Positions 17,256 through 24,000 of a stretch of DNA of 24,000 nt are shown here, piece after piece. A program made the position numbers and the translations under genes. Position 1 is the first letter of the stretch, and the number at the start of each line of letters is the position of its first letter. Source of the stretch: an uncultured Coriobacteriaceae bacterium (GTDB lineage: Bacteria; Actinomycetota; Coriobacteriia; Coriobacteriales; Coriobacteriaceae). The stretch lies in contig OZ007012.1 of NCBI GenBank assembly GCA_963931435.1, positions 623,710 to 647,709 of the forward strand. Direction: 5' to 3'. Below the pieces are notes generated by a model. The model was not told the origin of the DNA, did not search any database, and worked only from the letters and a program-made list of their open reading frames with translations.

Positions 17256-18699
17256 ATATGGGATAAAGGGCGCGAACGGGGCGGAGGGCGCGCGCTCCTC
17301 CTTGGGGTACGGCCCCTGTCGAGAGAATCGCGCCTCCGGCCCGCGGGTGGACGCGGATTAGGCAGAATGGCGTTCGGCGCCGGATCTCCCAGGAGGTTGC
17401 GCCCGCGGATTCCGAAGGAAAACCTTCGTCCCGCCGAGAGGACGGAGGGGAAAGATGCTCTACATCGGGATCGACGTCGCGAAGAGGTCGCACGTGGCGG
17501 CCGCGATGGGCGACGGCGGGGAGGTCGCCGTCGAGCCGTTCGAGTTCAGAAACACGCAGAAGGGGTTCGAGCGTCTGCTCGAGCGCCTTGCCAGACGGGG
17601 CGTCTCTGCCGAGGGGTCGCTGGTCGGCATGGAGGCCACGGGGCACTACTGGGTGGCGCTCTTCGACTTCCTCGCCGCCAACGGCTTCGAGGTCGCCGTC
17701 ATCAACCCCATCCAGACCGACGCGTGGCGCAGGGTCGACACCGTGCGGCCGGCGAAGACCGACGGCATCGACGCCCTGCTCATCGCGGACCTCCTGCGTT
17801 GCAAGCGCTTCGAACCCTCGGCGCTCGGGGACGAGGCGACCGAGGAGCTCAGGCAGCTCGCCCGGTACCGCTTCGAGCTCGTGCAGGAGCTCACCGCCCT
17901 CAAGAACCGGGCGACGGCGATTCTCGACCGGGTGTTCCCGGAGTACGAGCGGCTCTTCGCGGACAAGTTCGGCCCGACGTCGTCGGCGCTGCTCAAGGAG
18001 TGCGCCACGCCCGCCGACGTGCTGGCGGCGGACCCCGAGGCGCTCGCCGGGCTGCTCGCCGAGGCCAGCCGCGGCAGGCTCGGGCGCGAGAGGGCCGACG
18101 AGGTCGTCGAGGCCGCCCGCTCCTCGGTCGGCGTGTCCTTCGGCTCCCGGGCGCTCGCCTTCGAGCTCAGGGTGCTCGTCGAGCGCATGGAGTTCACCCG
18201 CGGGCAGATCTCGGAGCTGGAGGCGGAGATTGCCCGCGCGCTGTCCGAGACCGCCGGCAGGCACCTGACGAGCATACCGGGCGTCGGGCCCGCGCTCGCG
18301 GCGCTCATCGCCGGCGAGGTCGGCGACGCCGCGCGCTTCGAGACGCCCTCCAAGCTCGTCGCGTACGCGGGCATGGACGCGACCAGGCGCGTCTCGGGAG
18401 AGAGCCTCGACAGCCCCGGGCACCTCTCCAAGCGCGGCTCGTCGTACCTCAGGTGGGCGCTCATGCAGGGCGCCGACCGGGCAAGGAGGTTCGACCCGTA
18501 CTTCGGGGAGTGCTACGCGCGCAAGATCTCGCAGGGCAAGCACCACTACGTGGCCCTCACGACGGTCGCCCGCAAGCTCGCCGCCGTCTGCCTCGCCCTC
18601 ATGAAGGAGGACAGGGACTGGTCGCCCGACCCGCCGGCCGGGCATCTCCCCGGTCACCTCTCGCAGAAGAGGTGACCGTTCGCGCCCTTTATCCCATAT
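17256..18699 (+). mobile_element. IS110-family insertion sequence (minimum extent, bounded by 24-bp perfect inverted repeats; true termini not determinable here)
   Basis: ATATGGGATAAAGGGCGCGAACGG at 17256-17279 is the exact reverse complement of 18676-18699. The repeats enclose a single DEDD/Tnp_20 transposase gene. Confidence 0.8.
17455..18675 (+). CDS. IS110 family transposase/recombinase (DEDD RuvC-like N-domain plus Transposase_20 C-domain)
   Basis: 406-aa ORF. N-terminus LYIGIDVAKRSH and GMEATGHYW. C-terminal IPGVGPALAALIAGEVGDAARF...AYAGMDATRRVSGES...LSKRGSSYLRWAL. GGAGGGGAAAG RBS upstream. Confidence 0.93.
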   Translation: MLYIGIDVAKRSHVAAAMGDGGEVAVEPFEFRNTQKGFERLLERLARRGVSAEGSLVGMEATGHYWVALFDFLAANGFEVAVINPIQTDAWRRVDTVRPAKTDGIDALLIADLLRCKRFEPSALGDEATEELRQLARYRFELVQELTALKNRATAILDRVFPEYERLFADKFGPTSSALLKECATPADVLAADPEALAGLLAEASRGRLGRERADEVVEAARSSVGVSFGSRALAFELRVLVERMEFTRGQISELEAEIARALSETAGRHLTSIPGVGPALAALIAGEVGDAARFETPSKLVAYAGMDATRRVSGESLDSPGHLSKRGSSYLRWALMQGADRARRFDPYFGECYARKISQGKHHYVALTTVARKLAAVCLALMKEDRDWSPDPPAGHLPGHLSQKR

Positions 18700-18734
18700 C
18701 CGGTTTTCAAGGTTCCTATCAAAAGTCTCCGGAA

Positions 18735-18965
18735 TTACCCTTGACTCCTAATAGCAGGTCTCTCTATAAAGACATCCAATCCAAGGGTCGTGAGCACGTT
18801 GAGCGTCTTCCCAAGCTCGGCAGTTTCTTTGCCGTTTTCGAGCTGAGAGAGAAAGGTGATGCCGACGTTGCAGAGCCCGGCAAATTCTGCCTGTGTCAAT
18901 CCTTGACGCCTGCGCTCCGCTTTGATGATGCTCCCGAGCTCTTTGGAAGTGGATGCTTTCTCCAT
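18735..18965 (-). CDS. XRE-family HTH protein, HipB/y4mF-like (putative antitoxin-type regulator)
   Basis: 76-aa product from the ATG at 18965 (GGGAGGAG RBS): LGSIIKAERRRQGLTQAEFAGLCNVGITFLSQLENGK...VLTTLGLDVFIE. The upstream part of the 179-aa track ORF is antisense to arfB and rejected. Visibly lower GC than neighbouring genes. Confidence 0.8.
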   Translation of the reverse strand: MEKASTSKELGSIIKAERRRQGLTQAEFAGLCNVGITFLSQLENGKETAELGKTLNVLTTLGLDVFIERPAIRSQG

Positions 18966-19037
18966 GCGCTCCTCCCATATATGCGAACGCGAAAGCGAGT
19001 GAGGCATGATGTGAATCGTATCGTGAGGCTGTGCGCG

Positions 19038-19067
19038 TTGTCCCAAGCGAGACTTGCGGGATAGTAT
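19038..19067 (+). promoter_or_regulatory. Candidate sigma-70-type promoter for arfB (TTGTCC - 18 nt - TAGTAT)
   Basis: Hexamers read from the sequence, about 50 nt upstream of the arfB start. A match by eye only. Confidence 0.3.
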
Positions 19068-19118
19068 AAGGCGACAAGGTCGCAGGAGATAAGATCGAGC
19101 AAAAGGAGGAGGTGGCCC

Positions 19119-19493
<375 letters not shown>

Positions 19494-19532
19494 CAGCCGG
19501 CGGCTGCACGGGAAGAATGCGCTCTACGCAAC

Positions 19533-19563
19533 GCGCCCCGGATCCCTTGGAGATCCGGGGCGC
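19533..19563 (+). terminator. Putative terminator hairpin after arfB
   Basis: GCGCCCCGGATC / GATCCGGGGCGC 12-bp perfect stem, followed by TGTTGG (weak U tract). Confidence 0.55.
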
Positions 19564-19579
19564 TGTTGGAAAAGGGGGC

Positions 19580-20921
19580 TTATAGGACAAAATGTGTGTC
19601 CGCTTCTGGGGCATCGACGCAGGTCGATGCCCCTTTTCCATGCGTTTAAATCTGCGGGGCGAATTTAACCACTCGGACAGAAAGTGTGTCCGGATTCGCA
19701 CCTTCCCCGCAGGTAGATGACTGAAAATCAGGCCGTTAAAATCCCGATTTCCGAGGAGCTGGGGATGAAGGCGGTCAGGTGCCCCTCATGCGGGGCTGCG
19801 ATGAAGAGGAACGGGAGGACGAGCGCGGGGTCCCAGCGATGGAGGTGCAAGGCGTGCGGGGCCTCGAACACGGTCTCCTACGACGACGCGGCGGCGAGGC
19901 TCGGGGAGTTCCTGGCGTGGCTCACCTCCAAGGACACGCAGCTCTCGATGCCCGGCCAGGGCAGGACGTTCAGGAGGAGGACCGCCGGGTTCTGGCGCGT
20001 CTGGCCCATGCCCGAGCCGACCGGGGAGGTGCACCGGGTGCTCTTCGTCGACGGGATATGGCTCGCCCGCGACCTCGTCGTGCTGATCGCCTACGACGGC
20101 GAGCACGTCGTCTCGTGGTACATGGCCCAGGCCGAGACCTCGAGGGCCTGGGAGGCCCTGATGGCGCCGATCCCGGCCCCGGACGTGGTGGTGTGCGACG
20201 GCGGGACGGGCTTCGAGGGGGCGAGGCGCCGCTCCTGGCCCCGCACGCGCGTGCAGAGGTGCCTCTTCCACGCGTTCTGCCAGGTCAAGCGCTGCACCAC
20301 GACGAGGCCGAGGCTCCAGGCGGGCAGGGAGCTCTACGCGCTCGCGCTCGAGCTCATGCACCTGGACACCCTCCGCCAGGCCGACTGGTGGGTCGAGCGC
20401 TACCTGCAGTGGTGCGAGTTCTGGGCGGACTTCCTCGAGGAGAGGTCCATGCAGGACGGCCGGCTCGTCTACACCCACGAGAGGCTCAGGAGGGCCCGCT
20501 CGTCGCTCTCGCGGCTCGTCTCGCGGGGGACCCTCTTCACCTACCTCGACCCGGCACTGACCGCGGAGGGGCCGCTGCCGCGCACCAACAACCCGATCGA
20601 GGGAGGGGTCAACGCGCAGCTCAGGGACGTCCTGCGCAACCACCGAGGCCTGTCGTCAATGCGCAGGGTCAAGGCGGTCTTCTGGTGGTGCTACCTGCAC
20701 ACGGAGTCGCCGAGGCCCGCGCGCGAGGTCATTGCGGCCATGCCGACCGACGACGACGTTGACCTGCTCTACAGGACCTACTCGGCGGGGCCCAAGCGCG
20801 ACGACGGGGGCCCGGAGTGGGGCGACCGGGTCGTCTGGGAGGAGCTCCACCACAAGGACCCGTACCCCTTCTGGCTGGACTAGGACAGATGTTCTGTCGA
20901 GACACACATTTTGTCCTATAA
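19580..20921 (+). mobile_element. IS1249-like (IS256 superfamily) insertion sequence with 21-bp perfect terminal inverted repeats
   Basis: TTATAGGACAAAATGTGTGTC (19580-19600) is the exact reverse complement of 20901-20921. An 11-bp direct repeat GAAAAGGGGGC flanks the element (19569-19579 and 20925-20935). One transposase gene fills the interior. Confidence 0.85.
19765..20883 (+). CDS. IS1249/IS256-like transposase with an N-terminal zinc-finger
   Basis: N-terminal CPSCG...CKACG zinc ribbon and a DDE-type core (VLFVDGIW, VVVCDGGTGF, NNPIEGGVNAQLR). The ATG at 19765 follows a GAGGAG RBS. The track's alternative start at 19717 has a poor RBS. Confidence 0.85.
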   Translation: MKAVRCPSCGAAMKRNGRTSAGSQRWRCKACGASNTVSYDDAAARLGEFLAWLTSKDTQLSMPGQGRTFRRRTAGFWRVWPMPEPTGEVHRVLFVDGIWLARDLVVLIAYDGEHVVSWYMAQAETSRAWEALMAPIPAPDVVVCDGGTGFEGARRRSWPRTRVQRCLFHAFCQVKRCTTTRPRLQAGRELYALALELMHLDTLRQADWWVERYLQWCEFWADFLEERSMQDGRLVYTHERLRRARSSLSRLVSRGTLFTYLDPALTAEGPLPRTNNPIEGGVNAQLRDVLRNHRGLSSMRRVKAVFWWCYLHTESPRPAREVIAAMPTDDDVDLLYRTYSAGPKRDDGGPEWGDRVVWEELHHKDPYPFWLD

Positions 20922-21025
20922 CCCGAAAAGGGGGCCATGTGCTGCGCGCTACATCGGGCCGGCGCTCCGGGTGGACCCAGGGCGTCGAGGTGTCCAAAGC
21001 TCCCCGTGCCGGAGCGGCTGATGCG

Positions 21026-22009
21026 CTAGTGGACCTCGAACGGCGAGTCCTCGCCGCGGCTGAAGGCCAGAAGCGCTTTGGTGCTGTTGTAGACCATGCC
21101 CTTCACGTCGTCGTGTGTGTAGAAGGCCATGTGCGGCGACACGATGACGTTCGGGAACGACATGAGCAGGGCCCGATCGCGGTTGGGCAGGATCTCGCGG
21201 CTCTTGTCCAGGTAGTAGAGGTTGTCCTCGTGCTCGATGGTGTCGAGCGCCGCGCCGCCCAGATGACCGGACTCCAGCGCCTCGATCATGGCGGCGGTGT
21301 CCACGAGCGAGCCGCGGCCGGCGTTGACGAGCACGGTGCCCGGGCGCATGCGCGCGAACTGGTCGCGGCCGATCATGTGGATGTTCTCGGGCAGGGCGGG
21401 GGTGTGCAGCGTGATGACGTCGGACTCGGCGAGCAGCGTGTCGAGGTCCACGTAGGTGGCCAGCTCGCGCAGCTCGTCTTTGGGGTAGGGGTCCGAAGCC
21501 AGGATGCGGCAGCCGAAGCCCTGCAGGTGGCGAATCACGCAGGCGCCGATGGCGCCGGTGCCCACCACGCCGACGGTGCAGGAGGAGATGTCGCGGCCGA
21601 GCTTGCCCTCGAGTGAGAAATCCTGCACGGCGGCCATATCGAGGATGAACTTGACGCGGCGCAGGCCCATCATCATGAGCATGATGGTGTAGTTGGCGAC
21701 GCCCTCGGGCGGATAGGCGGCATGTCCGATGCGCATCCCGAGCTTGCGGGCGTAGGGCAGGTCGATGTGGTCGTAGCCGATGGAGCGCGTGGCGATGGCC
21801 TGGATGCCCATGCGATGGTAGCAATCGAGCAGCTCGGGCGTCATGGGGTTGGTGAGGATGGAGAGAGCCGAGGCGCCGGCAGCCAGATGCACGTTGTTCA
21901 TGGAGGGGTACTCGGTGGTCCACCCGAAGTCGAAGCCCAGCTCCTGGCTCAGCTCCTCCATGAAGCCGAGCTCGTCGTAGGGACGAAGGGCGAACGCGAA
22001 CAGTTTCAT
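21026..22009 (-). CDS. D-isomer-specific 2-hydroxyacid dehydrogenase (D-lactate dehydrogenase LdhA/VanH-like)
   Basis: 327-aa ORF. NAD-binding GVVGTGAIG, DFSLEG, YVDLDTLLAESDVITLHTP..PEN.H, NAGRGSLVD, and the catalytic His context VSPHMAFYT. Confidence 0.9.
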   Translation of the reverse strand: MKLFAFALRPYDELGFMEELSQELGFDFGWTTEYPSMNNVHLAAGASALSILTNPMTPELLDCYHRMGIQAIATRSIGYDHIDLPYARKLGMRIGHAAYPPEGVANYTIMLMMMGLRRVKFILDMAAVQDFSLEGKLGRDISSCTVGVVGTGAIGACVIRHLQGFGCRILASDPYPKDELRELATYVDLDTLLAESDVITLHTPALPENIHMIGRDQFARMRPGTVLVNAGRGSLVDTAAMIEALESGHLGGAALDTIEHEDNLYYLDKSREILPNRDRALLMSFPNVIVSPHMAFYTHDDVKGMVYNSTKALLAFSRGEDSPFEVH

Positions 22010-22318
22010 GATGATCCTCCCTCAAGGGTCGCCTGCGGCCGCAGCGCGCGGGGTGATGCGGCCGAGAGCGCGCCGGCGCGCGCATCGGGCGGCCCGTCGA
22101 CCACCGGATGCGCCGCGGCGCAATGTCGTCGCGCCCATCGTACTATGTCGGACGCGCTTCTTTAAGCACCGAGAATTGCCCTGCTGAGGTGCAATTGCGC
22201 GCGGCGGCCCGCGAGCGCCGCCGCGCGCCCGATCTTCGGCGCCCGCCCGCGCGTCGCGTCTCGGCATCGCCGGGCCCGGTCGGCAGCGCGGCCCGCGGCC
22301 CCTGCACGTGGGCGTCGA

Positions 22319-23146
22319 TCAGGTGTCGAGTCGTGGGAACAGGGCCCGCATGCGCGCGGGGGCGGGGGAGACGATGCGCACGCGGGCACCGGAGACGGGG
22401 TCGGTGAAGGAGAGCTCGGTCGCGTGCAGCATGAGGGTGGGCGATGGGTTTGCCTGCTGGCGGTTGATGCGGTTTCCGTTCAGGGGCCGCGCGCAGCCGA
22501 CTTGGACGTCGCGGGCGCCTGCATAGCCGGAGCGCATGCCGCCGGCGCGCCCCGGCGCGCAGCCGTAGAGCTCGTCGCCGAGCAGGGGCAGGCCGGCGTG
22601 GGAGAGGTGCACGCGGATCTGGTGCTTGCGGCCCGTCTCGATCTCCACGGCGAGCAGCGTGACGGGGCGGCCGTGCCAGCGCGCGCGGGCGAGGACGCGT
22701 GCGCGCGTGAGCGCGGGCTTGCCGGTGCGGCTGACGCGCATCCTGCGCGCGTCGTGGCGGTCCCGGCCGATCGGCTGCTTGAAGACGCGCTGCTCCCAGG
22801 AGGCGTTGCCAGCGACGATGGCGAGGTAGCGCTTGGCCAGGGCGTGCTCGGCGATCATGCGGTCGTAGGCGGGCTGGGTCGCCTTCGCGAGGGAGAACAG
22901 GACGATGCCGGAGGTGTCGCGGTCCAGCCTCTGGAGCGCCTGGAGCTCCGCCGCGGCGCTCGTGGAAAACGAGGAATCGCCCGCGACGAGGGCGCGCACG
23001 GTGTCGGTAAGCGTCGGCGCGCCCGTTCCGTCGCCGTGGACGATGACGCCCTGGGGCTTGTCGACCGCGACGAGCGTCTCGCTGCGGTAGAGGATCCGGG
23101 GCTCGGGCGCGGTCGCTCCGGCGCGCTGCTGGCGGTTGCGCGTCAT
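22319..23146 (-). CDS. RluA-family pseudouridine synthase
   Basis: The ATG at 23146 lies 1 nt after the upstream gene's TGA, 275 aa. Catalytic motif LQRLDRDTSGIVLF, plus KRYLAIV and HQIRVHL. No S4 domain. Confidence 0.88.
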   Translation of the reverse strand: MTRNRQQRAGATAPEPRILYRSETLVAVDKPQGVIVHGDGTGAPTLTDTVRALVAGDSSFSTSAAAELQALQRLDRDTSGIVLFSLAKATQPAYDRMIAEHALAKRYLAIVAGNASWEQRVFKQPIGRDRHDARRMRVSRTGKPALTRARVLARARWHGRPVTLLAVEIETGRKHQIRVHLSHAGLPLLGDELYGCAPGRAGGMRSGYAGARDVQVGCARPLNGNRINRQQANPSPTLMLHATELSFTDPVSGARVRIVSPAPARMRALFPRLDT

Positions 23147-23147
23147 C

Positions 23148-24000
23148 TCAGTCGACCCCGGCGAACAGGCAACCGGAGGTGGTGCCGGGCAGGCGCTTGG
23201 GCGGCCGGACACCGGAGGCGACGGCATCGAGCGCGCGGCGGATGCGGCGCACCTGCGCTGCGAGCTCGTCGGGTGCGAGCAGGGTGCCGTCGACGAGGAA
23301 GCGCGTGACGCCGGCCTGCAGGAGCCGCGGGATCTGGGGCGCGAGGTCCAGGGGGTCGCCCGCGTAGAGGCGCGAGCGCCCGTGGATGTCGGTGCGCACC
23401 GGAAGCAGCTTGCCGTCGATGTTGCGCAGGAAGAGCTCGCGCTCCCTCAGGCGGCAGCGCGCGCAGTCAAGGCAGCAGGCGTCGGCGACCTGCAGGATGC
23501 AGTGCTCGCTCGTCATCACGCGCGGGCGCCCGTAGACGGCGATGCCGCAGGCGGCGCCGATGCGCGGGACCAAAAGCTCGATCTCGTCGAGGGAGAGCTC
23601 GGGCGAGAGCCAGAAGCTCCGGGCGCCCCGGTGCCCGAGCGCGCGGGCGCAGAGGGCGTTGTGCACGGGCACGCACGAGCGCAGCTCGGCCTCGGCGCCC
23701 CGCTGGGCGGCGAGCGCCAGATGGGAGATGTTGCCGCAGGCCACGGCCGCACCGGGAACCACCCAGCGGTCGAGGCGCTCGGCGTCGCGCGCGCGGCAGA
23801 CCTCGTCGAGCACGGGGACGATACCGGCCGCCAGCGCCTCGGCGGGGGAGAGGCCGGCCGCATCGAGGGCGTCGGTGCCCAGGTAGACGCGCTGCGCGCC
23901 GGCCGCGCGGGCGGCCTCGGCGCCTTCAAGCGTGGCGGCGAGGGCGCAGGCGACCGGTTTGCCGGGGACGCCGCCCGCCGCCGCGAGAGCGCCGGCTGCC
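23148..24000 (-). CDS. Peptidase U32 family protein (partial; 5' end lies beyond the window)
   Basis: The reading frame stays open upstream of the track start at 23813 to the window edge, reading ...AGAQRVYLGTDAL.... It has SPELSLDEI, YGRPRVMTSEHC and the Cys cluster C-x7-CC-x2-C-x2-C typical of U32 proteins. Confidence 0.8.
   Translation of the reverse strand, partial: AAGALAAAGGVPGKPVACALAATLEGAEAARAAGAQRVYLGTDALDAAGLSPAEALAAGIVPVLDEVCRARDAERLDRWVVPGAAVACGNISHLALAAQRGAEAELRSCVPVHNALCARALGHRGARSFWLSPELSLDEIELLVPRIGAACGIAVYGRPRVMTSEHCILQVADACCLDCARCRLRERELFLRNIDGKLLPVRTDIHGRSRLYAGDPLDLAPQIPRLLQAGVTRFLVDGTLLAPDELAAQVRRIRRALDAVASGVRPPKRLPGTTSGCLFAGVD

Noticed and set aside
20937-21029. 30-aa ORF starting right after the duplicated GAAAAGGGGG RBS-like sequence.
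   Set aside because: It has no recognisable motif and its end overlaps the 3' end of the convergent dehydrogenase gene. There is not enough evidence to call it a gene.
21026-22009. The VanH-like dehydrogenase next to an IS element as part of a glycopeptide-resistance cluster.
   Set aside because: No vanA/B-type ligase, vanX dipeptidase or vanRS genes are adjacent. The sequence matches generic LdhA-type D-lactate dehydrogenases equally well.

Overview
High-GC sequence, probably Actinomycetota and possibly Coriobacteriia (inferred from protein similarity only). It has four parts. (1) 41-5748: the S10 and proximal spc ribosomal-protein genes on the + strand (rplC-rplD-rplW-rplB-rpsS-rplV-rpsC-rplP-rpmC-rpsQ-rplN-rplX). 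The run stops after rplX at a strong intrinsic terminator, where rplE would normally follow. (2) 5749-7046: about 1.3 kb with no credible ORF. It holds a 200-bp array with 10-bp periodicity (8 perfect CTCTACCAAG units), three 12-bp iteron-like repeats with an inverted partner, and about 750 bp of GC-rich sequence I cannot assign. (3) 7047-17085: a + strand accessory locus. It encodes a PRD/EIIB-like/EIIA-like activator, an M42 aminopeptidase, Lac/Cel-type PTS EIIA, EIIB and EIIC, an M24 Xaa-Pro peptidase, a MalY/PatB-type PLP C-S lyase, an RDD membrane protein and HPr, followed by uracil permease. The PTS has no phospho-glycosidase partner but carries two metallopeptidases and a C-S lyase. This is the most interesting unexplained system in the window. 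(4) 17086-24000: a plasticity zone containing an IS110-family element (24-bp perfect inverted repeats, long 5' non-coding arm that may encode a bridge RNA), an orphan HipB/y4mF-like HTH gene, a compact ArfB-like GGQ protein, and an intact IS1249/IS256-like element (21-bp perfect IRs, 11-bp flanking direct repeat). On the - strand follow a D-2-hydroxyacid dehydrogenase and a tightly coupled U32-family/RluA-family pair. Many long ORFs in the six-frame track are antisense or off-frame artefacts of the high GC content.
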